A model generated the notes under the pieces. It did not search any database and was not told the DNA's origin. It saw only the letters and a program-made list of their open reading frames with translations. Position numbers and translations under genes: made by a program. A stretch of DNA of 64,000 nucleotides, taken from a virus. Shown one piece after another: positions 8,646 to 18,386 of this stretch. The stretch's first letter is position 1; each line of letters opens with the position of its first letter. The DNA is taken from positions 96,001 to 160,000 of the IMG/VR virus record IMGVR_UViG_3300036939_000082; one strand, written 5' to 3'.

Positions 8646-9134
8646 ATGTCTAAAGCAATGGTATCATGGTTCGATCAATTTCCAGAATATAATGGTCAGA
8701 AAATTGAAATCCGAGGCAAGTATGGGTATGTCTCGGTTCGAGATATTAGCAAAGCACTCGGAAAACGATTCAACAACTGGACTAGAACCCAATTTGCAAA
8801 AGACGTGTTAGAAGAACTTTCACTTTTAACGGGTCTGCCCGTCGCTAATGCTGACACAGAATTAGCGATCAAGAGCGACTACTCAGAAATGAGTAGTCGC
8901 TCAAAAGCTTTGATAGACTACGTTAGAGGCGATGAAGGATCTATTTTTGTTCATCCATCAGTAGCGTTCGCTTATTCAATGTCAGATGCTCGATTTTTTG
9001 CTCGGATCAGTCTGTGGTTGTCGCAAATGCAGGAATTTGGGACAGTAAACCCCCACGTTAAAGATTGGACTCAAGAGGAATTTCGTCGCGGGCTACAATT
9101 TAACCGCGACGACATTGACGAACTAAACAGTTAG
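8646..9134 (+). CDS. KilA-N domain DNA-binding protein
   Basis: YNGQKIEIR..GYVSVRDISKALGKRFNNWTR...GSIFVHPSVA. Confidence 0.75.
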   Translation: MSKAMVSWFDQFPEYNGQKIEIRGKYGYVSVRDISKALGKRFNNWTRTQFAKDVLEELSLLTGLPVANADTELAIKSDYSEMSSRSKALIDYVRGDEGSIFVHPSVAFAYSMSDARFFARISLWLSQMQEFGTVNPHVKDWTQEEFRRGLQFNRDDIDELNS

Positions 9135-9162
9135 CCCGATCGCCCGCCCGCATCCAAAAACT

Positions 9163-9208
9163 AAACACACGCCCCGTCAGGGTTCCCTCTGGCGGGTTTT
9201 TTATTTTT
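9163..9208 (+). promoter_or_regulatory. leader motif A copy 1 (AAACAC-N-CGCCC, hairpin, T-tract, ATG)
   Basis: aaacacacgccccgtcagggttccctctggcgggttttttattttt. Confidence 0.75.
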
Positions 9209-9326
9209 ATGAGCTTTGAATCAAAAATAACCCCAGAAAAAGTTCAAGCAACGCATATTAAAGAAGGATTTGTGATGGGCTGGATGCCCGGAGTAATTGT
9301 AGATGTAAACGATCCAGAGAAAATCG
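9209..9326 (+). pseudogene. truncated copy of the first 39 codons of the gp5/VgrG-like gene
   Basis: same amino acids as 10064-10181 with 8 synonymous differences; breaks at ATCG. Confidence 0.85.
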
Positions 9327-9344
9327 CCCACCGCCCGAAAAATC

Positions 9345-9382
9345 AAACACTCGCCCCACCAGGGTTTCCCTCTGGTGGTTTT
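9345..9382 (+). promoter_or_regulatory. leader motif A copy 2
   Basis: aaacactcgccccaccagggtttccctctggtggtttt. Confidence 0.75.
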
Positions 9383-9439
9383 ACATTAAAATGCAAAATA
9401 AAATATGCTAGAATAGTTTCAAAACTAACAGAAAGAACA

Positions 9440-9904
9440 ATGATAGAACACTTAATGATTCAATCCAGATTGTCAGCCATGCTATTTTCTGGATCAATAA
9501 AGTACAGCGATACTCCGCTACCCAGTTCTTTTTTTTCGACTATTTTAATCGGTGGATGCGATGACATTGGAACGTATACTGAGACAACTTACGTGAAAAA
9601 GGTACTGTATTCAACATCAAGCCTTACTTGCTTTGCTTTTGAAGTTGTTGCCGACTTGACTAGACTTTACAGATTAGAGCAAAAAGATAAATACGGTCAT
9701 TCGATGGCACAAATATCTGAATCAGACAAAAAAGGTGTGGTTTTATTGGCTACTCCAATACAAAGCTTTAGTGAATTTGAAGAATTATGGTATTGTGATT
9801 ATACCGAATTACTCATTAAATCTTTAGGTGATTTACCAATAATTAGGACACTGTCTGAACCAATGGTAGCCGTGCGTGAAGAATCTTCCTTGTTGTATTC
9901 ATAA
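9440..9904 (+). CDS. hypothetical accessory protein (likely start MIEHLM at 9440)
   Basis: own extended -10 TGCTAGAAT at 9406-9414; the longer 9209 ORF is a chimera. Confidence 0.6.
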   Translation: MIEHLMIQSRLSAMLFSGSIKYSDTPLPSSFFSTILIGGCDDIGTYTETTYVKKVLYSTSSLTCFAFEVVADLTRLYRLEQKDKYGHSMAQISESDKKGVVLLATPIQSFSEFEELWYCDYTELLIKSLGDLPIIRTLSEPMVAVREESSLLYS

Positions 9905-9907
9905 AAA

Positions 9908-10005
9908 TTAACACTCTTCAACCTAAAGGTACGAAGATTCTTTGTTTTATGTGTTGACTTGCTTAGGTAGGATTACTCTAAATCCAGGGTTCTGAATATA
10001 TCCAA
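9908..10005 (-). mobile_element. orphan IS200/IS605 right-end remnant
   Basis: TTAAC...CTTCAACCTAAAGGTACGAAG-ATT is a compensatory variant of the 5791-5811 hairpin. Confidence 0.55.
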
Positions 10006-10017
10006 CAAAAAAAAACT

Positions 10018-10063
10018 AAACACTCGCCCCGCCAGGGTTTCCCTCTGGTGGTTTTTTATTTTT
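10018..10063 (+). promoter_or_regulatory. leader motif A copy 3, directly before the spike gene
   Basis: aaacactcgccccgccagggtttccctctggtggttttttattttt-ATG. Confidence 0.8.
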
Positions 10064-13000
10064 ATGAGTTTTGAATCCAAAATAACCCCAGAAAAAGTCC
10101 AAGCGACGCATATCAAAGAAGGATTTGTGATGGGCTGGATGCCCGGAGTAATTGTAGACGTGAACGATCCAGAGAAGATCGGTCGCGTTAAAGTCAAGTG
10201 CGAACTGCTTTCTGAAACCACCAATATGCCGAACGAAGATGACGGCTGGGTTTGGGTGACGGAAGAGTTCACTGCAAATGGCGTACCCGGTGGCTCCCAC
10301 CGTCCGCTAGCTGAGGGTACGTTAGTTGCTTTGATTCCGATGTTTGGCGACCCTACAAAACTGTTAGTATTTGGCTGTTTGCCGAACCGAGTCGATCGCC
10401 CGCATCCAGATTTTGACAGATCGCACGGAGTTACTGGCAGCGCATCGGCGGGCGGCACGATCGAAATCAACAACGACAAAGACGGTTCCTATTTCAAAAC
10501 TTTTGCGAGCAAAGCCGTACAGTCGGTGTCTGGCGACGGTTCTATCCTTCAGGAGTCGCCGGGGAAGGCTAGAGTTCACTTGATGAAAGACGGCGCTGCT
10601 AGCGTTGAAAACGACAATGCCAGCTTTACCGCCTCGCCGGAAGGCAGCTTAAACGCGCGATCTCTCGGCGGTGCCACTATCAATTTGAACAAGGACGGAA
10701 CGCTGTCGATCGCCTGCGCCGAAAAATCTCAGTTGAGCCTGAACAGCAAAAACGCACATTTAGAAGGACCCCTGCGCCGCCATTCGCGCTTGCTTGCTGA
10801 AGCTAGGGGATTTTTGTCGGCAGATTTAGATCGAGGCGTCAAGCTTCTGAAAAAGTTAGAAAAATTAACTGAAGGTTTTGAAACCGGAACGTTCGGCACA
10901 TCGCATTACATTTACGAGGCTGACGGAATTTTGCAGGGGTTGCGAGATGGAATAGCTGTCAACCTGCCAAAAGGAATTGCTATTTTACAAGAACTAAAGT
11001 CTGCTCCTGCTGTCGATTTGGGCGAAAGTTTAGACGGTCAACTGCGCGAAGCTCTGAGGATCGAGTTAGACAAAATAGTTAACATTGCGGAGAAATCGGT
11101 TGCCAAGGACAAACCTGGAAGCGCGATCGTCGCCACCGCGCTGGGGATGATACCGAAGGATCTCAAGAAACTGCTGGCACTATTAGACGCTGAAGAAAAA
11201 AAAGCGCTGTTTGCTAGGCTGGACGCGATCGTCCCCACATTAGATGCGCTGAGGTACGACGTTGTTTTGCAGAAGGAAGCACTAATAGCCGAGATAGTTC
11301 CCAACGGCTGGCATTCGATCGACGCGATCGTCAAAATGCGCTTGCAAGACAAAATCAAAGGAATGGAAGATACTATTAATCCCAAACCGGAGCGCTTAGA
11401 AAAATTTACAATCAAAAAAGAGAAAGAATGGTGGGACGAGCTGCCGGAAAGAGTGCAAGGGGCGATCGGGCAACTCGGGGAATACTCTGAATTCGCTAAA
11501 GGCAATATGGGCATTTACCAGTTGCACAAAGGCGACGAAACCTTGACAGAACAAGCAGTTTCCCGCGTGTTCAGCAACCAAGATTTAAAAGCTGCTAAAT
11601 TCTTGACAAAAGAACAGCTAGCCGACAAAGACCGAGAAGCCAAACAAATTGAAGAAGACAAAAAAAATGTGGACAAGTTGGTTCCCGGCGAATCTCCGCT
11701 ATCAACTTTGTTTGGTGAAGTTATTCAGGGCTTGATCGAAAAAACCGAGAAAACCTTAAATGCAGTATTGAAAGGACAGAAAAGTATTAAAGGAATTGCA
11801 CCGCTAGAACACTTAGCGTTTCTGCTGCTTCGAGACGACGTACTCTTTAACAAAAATATATTAGTTGAACCGCTCAAAGAAGTTGGTAAACATTTTGAAG
11901 TAGCCAATAACTCTTCTGAGGACATCCTGCAAAACTCTGTAGAAAAAGTATTGCCTAAAGCTTGCAAGGAATTGGCGCAAAAATTGATTCCAATCCTAGA
12001 GTCGGCGATCGACGATTACGGCAAATTACTTCGCGCCGTTCCCGACGAACCCAAGGGTGCAAGGATTACAGCCCGCGAAACCTACGTGCAGATGGAGTCA
12101 AATCGCGGCGACAAAGGGGCGATCGCCCGCATTGGCAAAGAAGGTGCTCAGATAATGGGACCGGAGTTTGCTCCCAACCTTCGAGTATCTATGTACGCCG
12201 ACAAAGCCGGCGGAGGTATGAACGCGGGAGAAAAAGGCGGCGGAGTTCGAGTTGAGCGGCGGATGGCAGAGATTCTAGGACCGGAACGCAAAGACGGAGA
12301 GTTGCCGGAGCGGGAGGAAGACAAGCCTGGAACAGGTAAAAAAGGCGGTCGCAAGTTATTTTCCGAAGGGCAGCGGCGGAAGCAAGGCGGCGAACAGGAC
12401 AAAGCTACAAAGCGACCGAGGTACGACGATTTAGAAGAAAAAGACCGGATGGTGCGGACTTCCTTGTTTGCTGACGCTTACGGCGGCGCTGGAACTTTGT
12501 CGGGAGGGCGCGGAGCCGGTTCGATCGTCCACCTAGAAAAAGCCGAGACTTTCGGTCCAGAAATTGAATTGGACGGTAAAAAACTGCGGACTGGCAGTTT
12601 TGTCTTCGCTCAGGAAGCGGGAAGCGAGGCTGCCGACGGTGCGATATCTTACGTTGCGCGCGATCGGGCTGAAGTTCTCGGACCGGAAAGAGCTGAGGGC
12701 GAGTTCAAAGACGAACAAGACGAACCCCCCGCTAGCGATAAAGATGGGTTTGATTTTGACCTCAAGTCGGTCAAGTTTAAGAAGGGGGGCGATCGGGAAG
12801 AAGGTAAAACCGGAAAATTTGCAGATCCGGAAGCTAAGAAAAAATTGAGAACTTGTCTGTTTGCCGATCGGAAAGGACTGGTTGGCGGCAAGTCCGGCGG
12901 GGACGGAGCTTGTTTTTCAGCAGACGAAACCAAAAGCGGAATGCACGGACCGGCGATCGAAATTGAAGGCAAAAAAACTCGGTCTGGGATGCAAGCAGCT

Positions 13001-14476
13001 CCCGAAGAAACGGCTATGTTTGCTCCTGGCGACGGAGCTATGACTGTTGTTGGAGCCAACCGCGCTGAAGTTCTGGCTCCTGTTCGCAATGACGGCACTC
13101 ACGACGACGACGATTACGAACCGCCTAGCGACCTCGGTGGGTTTAAATTTAATCCCTTGGTTGCAAGATCGATGGAAAAAGGAGGTAGCGCAAAAGAGAA
13201 GCAGTTGGAAAAGCCTAAAGAATCCAAATTAAGAAGCTCTATGTGCGCTGAAAAAAATGGAACCGTGTCGATGAAATCTGGTGGCGACGGCGCTTGCAGT
13301 TTTGTCGATCCGGTGAAAAGCGGAATACTCGGTCCAGCTATTGAGAAGGAAGGGAAAAAAGTCAGAACAGAACTGTTTGCGTGGGAAAACGACATCGGCA
13401 TGAAAGGAGCCGGCGAGAAAGCGGCAATCAGCTACGTGAGCGAAAAAATTGGGGAGTTGCTGGGACCGCAAGTCGAAGATGCGATCGGGGAATTGATCCG
13501 TACCAACATTTTTGCTGATGAAAAGTCGGCAACTGTCTGGGCCGGAGGCAAGGATGGAGCGATGACCGTCGTGACTCAAGAGCTTGCCAAGATGCTCGGT
13601 CCGTCGGGCAAAGGTTTGTTGGAAATGGTAAAAACTTACTCTCAATTTGTAGGCGCAGACGGAGTTTCTAAATTGAAGCTTGCCGAGAAAGTTGCTGAAC
13701 TGTTGGGACCTGACGGAAAAAAAGCGATGCAAATCGGCATGGATTTTGTGAAGCTGCTAGGACCCGGCGGATCTCAAATGGCGATGGCAGAACATGGATT
13801 GAAGCTTTTAGGAATCGACGGCAAATCGGGGCTTCAGATGTTGGGTAAAGTAACTAAGCTGTTGGGACCCGGCGGCAAGGTTTCTCTAAGCATCAGTCCG
13901 AAAAAGTTGCTGTCCAAGGGTCTGGGCGGCGTACTCAGCATGGGCGGATCTGGAACATCGCTGTCGTCGATTGGCACAACTGTATTCCGCAACGGCTCTG
14001 AGGATGGTTCTAAGGGTGTGGGAGTATTGCTCGATCCAAAGAGTGGCTTGCTGTCGCTAAGTTCGTTTTTCTCGGGCGACCACAATAAGCCCCCGGCTGC
14101 GACCGACGAAGATAACGACAATGACGACGATAAGCCCGAAGAACCGATCGCCTGGAACCATCAATCTGCTAGGGTAGCGCTTCAAGGGCGCAACGCACAC
14201 ATCCAATCGTTCGACGAAGACGGCTCGTCTTGCAACGAAGTTCTGTGTACGCCGGATGCCGTTTATGTTCAGGGAAAAAAGATTGTGGTGCGATCGCTCT
14301 CAGACCCTGAAGAAGGAGAAGAACCGGAAACACTGCACGAGATCGAGGTTAGCGAAGATGGGGTATTAATTGATGGTGTTAATCTTTCGATTTTGAGCGA
14401 AATTCAGTCGTTAATAAGTTCGATACTTTCTAGGCTTATTTTTCTGGAGTCATCAATGGGTTCTTCTAGTAGATAG
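10064..14476 (+). CDS. baseplate central spike, T4 gp5/VgrG/GpV-like, very long
   Basis: OB-fold GVIVDVNDPEKIGRVKV...GWVW...GTLVAL..FGDP; beta-strand repeats ending (E/K)xLGP; helical insert. Confidence 0.8.
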   Translation: MSFESKITPEKVQATHIKEGFVMGWMPGVIVDVNDPEKIGRVKVKCELLSETTNMPNEDDGWVWVTEEFTANGVPGGSHRPLAEGTLVALIPMFGDPTKLLVFGCLPNRVDRPHPDFDRSHGVTGSASAGGTIEINNDKDGSYFKTFASKAVQSVSGDGSILQESPGKARVHLMKDGAASVENDNASFTASPEGSLNARSLGGATINLNKDGTLSIACAEKSQLSLNSKNAHLEGPLRRHSRLLAEARGFLSADLDRGVKLLKKLEKLTEGFETGTFGTSHYIYEADGILQGLRDGIAVNLPKGIAILQELKSAPAVDLGESLDGQLREALRIELDKIVNIAEKSVAKDKPGSAIVATALGMIPKDLKKLLALLDAEEKKALFARLDAIVPTLDALRYDVVLQKEALIAEIVPNGWHSIDAIVKMRLQDKIKGMEDTINPKPERLEKFTIKKEKEWWDELPERVQGAIGQLGEYSEFAKGNMGIYQLHKGDETLTEQAVSRVFSNQDLKAAKFLTKEQLADKDREAKQIEEDKKNVDKLVPGESPLSTLFGEVIQGLIEKTEKTLNAVLKGQKSIKGIAPLEHLAFLLLRDDVLFNKNILVEPLKEVGKHFEVANNSSEDILQNSVEKVLPKACKELAQKLIPILESAIDDYGKLLRAVPDEPKGARITARETYVQMESNRGDKGAIARIGKEGAQIMGPEFAPNLRVSMYADKAGGGMNAGEKGGGVRVERRMAEILGPERKDGELPEREEDKPGTGKKGGRKLFSEGQRRKQGGEQDKATKRPRYDDLEEKDRMVRTSLFADAYGGAGTLSGGRGAGSIVHLEKAETFGPEIELDGKKLRTGSFVFAQEAGSEAADGAISYVARDRAEVLGPERAEGEFKDEQDEPPASDKDGFDFDLKSVKFKKGGDREEGKTGKFADPEAKKKLRTCLFADRKGLVGGKSGGDGACFSADETKSGMHGPAIEIEGKKTRSGMQAAPEETAMFAPGDGAMTVVGANRAEVLAPVRNDGTHDDDDYEPPSDLGGFKFNPLVARSMEKGGSAKEKQLEKPKESKLRSSMCAEKNGTVSMKSGGDGACSFVDPVKSGILGPAIEKEGKKVRTELFAWENDIGMKGAGEKAAISYVSEKIGELLGPQVEDAIGELIRTNIFADEKSATVWAGGKDGAMTVVTQELAKMLGPSGKGLLEMVKTYSQFVGADGVSKLKLAEKVAELLGPDGKKAMQIGMDFVKLLGPGGSQMAMAEHGLKLLGIDGKSGLQMLGKVTKLLGPGGKVSLSISPKKLLSKGLGGVLSMGGSGTSLSSIGTTVFRNGSEDGSKGVGVLLDPKSGLLSLSSFFSGDHNKPPAATDEDNDNDDDKPEEPIAWNHQSARVALQGRNAHIQSFDEDGSSCNEVLCTPDAVYVQGKKIVVRSLSDPEEGEEPETLHEIEVSEDGVLIDGVNLSILSEIQSLISSILSRLIFLESSMGSSSR

Positions 14477-14579
14477 AACTTGATTGCTGTCGAAAAATAG
14501 AATAATTGTGTTCAAATCTTTGTGGTTGTGTCACAGATGTAGTATAATAGTAATATGTAAACACAAAGCAGTTAACCTC

Positions 14580-15122
14580 ATGAATCTCCAACAACACGCA
14601 GTATCTGTTATGTCCGTAGAGCAATTAATCAGCTTTGGTTCTTCAAATTTTTACGACGAAAACTGTGAGGAACTAGACCTGTTTCCTATTTTATCTTGGA
14701 AAGACATTGTTAATTGGGTTACGTGGTTTTTAGATGAAAAGCCTCGACAGGATTTTAGTCCAGAGGCTATTCGGGAGACAATTGAAGAATGGTTTCCTTC
14801 TGAGTACCATTTTGACGGTGACACCTATGTTTCCGATCCTGAAATTTACCAATCTGAACTAGAAGAGTCTGTTGCTCGTTATGAAGAAATAGACTACTTG
14901 CCACAGATCGGTAAATGCAAGTTTTATCCGACGCTAGGCACGATCGTTTTTAAAGGAATAAACTATTATGAGGATTCTAACATTTTCAACGATAGTGGTT
15001 ATACCTACAAGCGAACTGAGTCTGTATGTAGGATTTCTGTTCAAGAATATGAAGCTAAGATTCTTGCTATGCAAGAAAAAATGACGGTGGCACTGCTTCA
15101 CCTAAAGCGACCAACTGAATAA
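14580..15122 (+). CDS. acidic hypothetical protein
   Basis: ATG 14580 follows TAGTATAAT (14540-14548). Confidence 0.6.
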   Translation: MNLQQHAVSVMSVEQLISFGSSNFYDENCEELDLFPILSWKDIVNWVTWFLDEKPRQDFSPEAIRETIEEWFPSEYHFDGDTYVSDPEIYQSELEESVARYEEIDYLPQIGKCKFYPTLGTIVFKGINYYEDSNIFNDSGYTYKRTESVCRISVQEYEAKILAMQEKMTVALLHLKRPTE

Positions 15123-15230
15123 CAAATATCTTTTGGGTTGCGAAAAAGACCAATAAACTAAAAAGCTCATTGATAAATTGAATTTTATCAACGAGCTTTT
15201 TAATTAGAGTAGATCGAGTAAACCAAAATA

Positions 15231-16043
15231 ATGAATCCCAAAACAATGACCAAAAACCATATAGTCTCTTTCTCAAGTGGCAAGGCTTCTTGGCTTGCTG
15301 CCAAGATAGTTGCTGAAAAATTTGGCACCAACAATCTGTGGTTAGTATTTGCCGATACGACAATTGAAGACGAGGATAATTACAGATTCCTTGAAGAAGC
15401 AGCCACGAACGTCGGCGGTCAGTTAATCCGTCTTAAGGACGGTCGAAATCCCTGGGACATTTTTAATGAAAAGCGGTTCATTAACCATCAGCAATCTAAT
15501 TGCTCGATCGAGCTTAAGGTCAAACCTTGCGAAGCGTGGATCAACGCCAATTTTTTACCAGAAGACACGGTTTTATACTTTGGAATTGGTTTTGAGGAGT
15601 TGCATCGAATGAAGGTGATCGCCAAAAACTGGCATCCATTCCAAGTAGAAACTCCACTCTGCTGGGGAGATCGCTGGGCAGACCAACAAGAAATTAATCG
15701 CCAGCTACGACTAAACAATCTCAAACAGCCGAGACTTTATGACATGGGTTTTGCCCATGCTAATTGTGGTGGCTTTTGTACAAAAGCAGGTTTAAAACAC
15801 TACCGCAACCTCTTGAAACATTTACCAGAGGTTTACGCGCACCACGAACAAAAAGAGCAAGAGTTTTTAAAACTGATCGACAATGATTCAATCGGTCTTT
15901 TGCGACGCACAAAAAACGGAATTACCAAGGGTCTTACCCTTAAAGCGTTTAGGGAGGAAATAGAAGCAGCACCCGTCCAACTTTCTTTTGACTTTGAAGA
16001 ACTTGGTGGGTGTGGTTGCTTTATTGACACCCCTAAGTCATAG
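15231..16043 (+). CDS. PAPS-reductase-like / adenine nucleotide alpha-hydrolase phage protein
   Basis: VSFSSGKAS PP-loop, VFADT.IEDED.YRF, Cys motifs NCSIELK, NCGGFC, GCGC. Confidence 0.7.
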   Translation: MNPKTMTKNHIVSFSSGKASWLAAKIVAEKFGTNNLWLVFADTTIEDEDNYRFLEEAATNVGGQLIRLKDGRNPWDIFNEKRFINHQQSNCSIELKVKPCEAWINANFLPEDTVLYFGIGFEELHRMKVIAKNWHPFQVETPLCWGDRWADQQEINRQLRLNNLKQPRLYDMGFAHANCGGFCTKAGLKHYRNLLKHLPEVYAHHEQKEQEFLKLIDNDSIGLLRRTKNGITKGLTLKAFREEIEAAPVQLSFDFEELGGCGCFIDTPKS

Positions 16044-16051
16044 CACTATAC

Positions 16052-16087
16052 AGCCCTTGATCATTTACTGATCGAGGGCTTTTTTTT
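16052..16087 (+). terminator. intrinsic terminator
   Basis: agcccttgatca-tttac-tgatcgagggct followed by T7. Confidence 0.75.
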
Positions 16088-16149
16088 GACAAATTTTAAA
16101 TCAAATGTTGCGGGTGATTGTGTATAATTTAAAAAAACCAATAAAATAA

Positions 16150-16683
16150 ATGAGAAAAGTCGTTATACTGCGATCCGCAGAAGATGCTAAAAAAATAGCA
16201 TCACACCTTTACAATGTCGATCGCGCCAACAATCATCTGATATTCTCTGACTTCGATCCGAGTGCTTTTAAATGTGTTGTTGCATTAGAAGGTTTAAATG
16301 AAAAATCGTATGAATATTTTGTTGGAACCATTTTACTAGAGGTAAAACTTTCTAATAAGTTATACTCGCTGAAACTTCCTGTCAAACGTAGAGTTAGCGG
16401 TAACGTAGATTCTTCGGGTTATGACGATTTTACGTTATTTTTAACCCCTGAAGTGTTGTCTATGGCTGAAATAGTGCAAAATTTTCCAAATTGTTTTCGT
16501 TGGCAAATAGGTGCTTCAGTTCTCGATGTTGATCATACGCCATTTATAGATATTGACTACGTGGCATTTTTAATAAGGTGGAATGATGATATCTGCAATT
16601 ATCATTTATTTATTAGCGACAAAAAGAAATCTGGACTTTTTTCACTTTTTGGCGTACAACAATTTACTTTTGAAGATGTTTGA
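16150..16683 (+). CDS. hypothetical protein
   Basis: open frame with upstream TGTATAAT. Confidence 0.6.
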   Translation: MRKVVILRSAEDAKKIASHLYNVDRANNHLIFSDFDPSAFKCVVALEGLNEKSYEYFVGTILLEVKLSNKLYSLKLPVKRRVSGNVDSSGYDDFTLFLTPEVLSMAEIVQNFPNCFRWQIGASVLDVDHTPFIDIDYVAFLIRWNDDICNYHLFISDKKKSGLFSLFGVQQFTFEDV

Positions 16684-16786
16684 TATTTTTGATAGAAATA
16701 AGGCGGGTGATCTAGTGGGCGATCGTCCGCTAATTTACTTTGTAAAAAGCTGAAAAATAGCAAGGCACTATTATTAACTCATTACG

Positions 16787-17341
16787 CTAAAAATTGTATA
16801 CATTATTGTCGTATTTTTTGAGTGCGTCGTAAGCCTGTTTTACCCATCGAGCATCAGCTAGTGCATTGTGAGCGTCTTCTGGTTTTGGCGGCAAATCTTT
16901 TCGTTTTAACCCTAGTTGATTCATCCATTGGATAACGTCATTGCAATACTGCGGATAACCCTCGGGAAGATCGATCATGCAACCAAATATCCAACAAAAT
17001 ACTACCCAATCATAACTAGCCCAACCTGCCCAAAATTCAATTTCATTTTCATCGGGAACAATAAAATCCAAAAGCTCTTTTTTTATTTTTTCTCGCGATT
17101 TCCAGGCTTTTGATTCATACCGCTGTCGAAGTGACACTTCCGTAGACTTGAACGAGCCTGGACGCGGTGGTAATTTATTCAATACATTTTCCACAACCCA
17201 CTCAGAGGCTGTACTTGCATCAAATTCTTCGCTGATTGCGTAATATTCACGTCCATCTTCTGCTACAATCCCAATCGAGATTAAGTCAATCGTTTTCTTT
17301 TTGCTTGATTCAATAAACTCGGTATCTAGGTGATATTCCAT
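16787..17341 (-). CDS. DEDD 3'-5' exonuclease, Rv2179c-like
   Basis: LDTEF..LISIGIVAEDGREYYA, WASYDWV, HNALADARW. Confidence 0.8.
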   Translation of the reverse strand: MEYHLDTEFIESSKKKTIDLISIGIVAEDGREYYAISEEFDASTASEWVVENVLNKLPPRPGSFKSTEVSLRQRYESKAWKSREKIKKELLDFIVPDENEIEFWAGWASYDWVVFCWIFGCMIDLPEGYPQYCNDVIQWMNQLGLKRKDLPPKPEDAHNALADARWVKQAYDALKKYDNNVYNF

Positions 17342-17449
17342 TTTGTGAATAAATTAGATTTAGAACTATTTTACTTCAAACTGGATGTTCGTCGCCAACA
17401 ATGGGATTTAACTTAGTTACAAATTTAGGCACAATCCAGCAGGATTAGC

Positions 17450-17686
17450 TCAACTACCCCCATTAGACTCGCGCATGGGGCAGAACCGATCGCCGAAGAT
17501 CTGGAAAAGCCAAGGATTTGGTTGGGGTGCAGGCGGGATAAAGGAGGTAACGGGTTGCGGGCGATCGTCCAAGGTTTTGTTAAAATCAAGCAAGCGGTAG
17601 ACTGTGGCATTGCCAACACTGGGTTTTGACAGCAGCTCTCGATCGCTCGATTGGCTCGATATGTTTTGCGCGATCGACGGTATCAC
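17450..17686 (-). CDS. small Pro-rich hypothetical protein
   Basis: ORF only. Confidence 0.3.
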   Translation of the reverse strand: MIPSIAQNISSQSSDRELLSKPSVGNATVYRLLDFNKTLDDRPQPVTSFIPPAPQPNPWLFQIFGDRFCPMRESNGGS

Positions 17687-17957
17687 TATTAATTATTTAG
17701 TGTTGAGTAAAAATATGCCATATAATCGCGCTCGTGAAATACTGAAAAACCCTAATGCTAGCGCCGCAAACTTACTTAAAGCTTACGCCAACATGAACAT
17801 GGAATTTGGGCGCTATACAGCAAATCCAAGATCGCAGAAAGTTAATGATGAAGGGGAAGAGGAAGGGGAGCTTGAAGCCGATCTGGATTTTCGGTACATG
17901 GTCGTTATTCAGGCACTAGAATTGCGAATTCACCAAAAATTCAGAAGGGGCGCTTAA
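17604..17957 (+). CDS. hypothetical protein (start uncertain, possibly MPYNRAR)
   Basis: ORF followed by a bidirectional hairpin at 17993-18029. Confidence 0.5.
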   Translation: MALPTLGFDSSSRSLDWLDMFCAIDGITINYLVLSKNMPYNRAREILKNPNASAANLLKAYANMNMEFGRYTANPRSQKVNDEGEEEGELEADLDFRYMVVIQALELRIHQKFRRGA

Positions 17958-17992
17958 CACTCTGATCGCCCCGCCCGTACCACCTCCACAAC

Positions 17993-18085
17993 AAAAAAGC
18001 GCTAACATCACAAGGATTTCAGCGCTTTTACAGTCTTAACATGGGTGTTGGCGAGGAGGCTAACCTTCCCGAGTATAGCCTCACT
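17993..18085 (-). ncRNA. candidate ~90-nt sRNA
   Basis: -10 TGCTAAACT (18092-18100), hairpin GAGGCTA...TAGCCTC, terminator with T6, no substantial ORF. Confidence 0.4.
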
Positions 18086-18111
18086 ATTTAGAGTTTAGCA
18101 CGATCGCCCAC

Positions 18112-18318
18112 TTAGAATGTTGCATCTTTTCCATATTTTTGCTTAAACCAATTTTTGAATTCTTGTATATTGGCATCAAAAGGATACGCCTGCTGATCGA
18201 CAGGAAGCGCTAGCCATTCCAATCTACTTCTTTCTCTATTTAGCTCGCACAGCGGTGGTGGGGTTTTTCTGCGGGCTTCGCAACTTTCTTCAGACTCGAC
18301 ATCATCAAATTCTGGCAT
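18112..18318 (-). CDS. small hypothetical protein
   Basis: ORF with promoter-like upstream sequence. Confidence 0.5.
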   Translation of the reverse strand: MPEFDDVESEESCEARRKTPPPLCELNRERSRLEWLALPVDQQAYPFDANIQEFKNWFKQKYGKDATF

Positions 18319-18386
18319 TATTTTTGCAAATAGGTTGAAATTGTGTAATTGTTATACATATTAGCACGGGCGCTCAAGAACTATAA

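Noticed and set aside
9209-9904. 231-aa ORF as one real gene
   Set aside because: Chimeric read-through of the spike fragment, leader A and a promoter into a separate gene starting at 9440.
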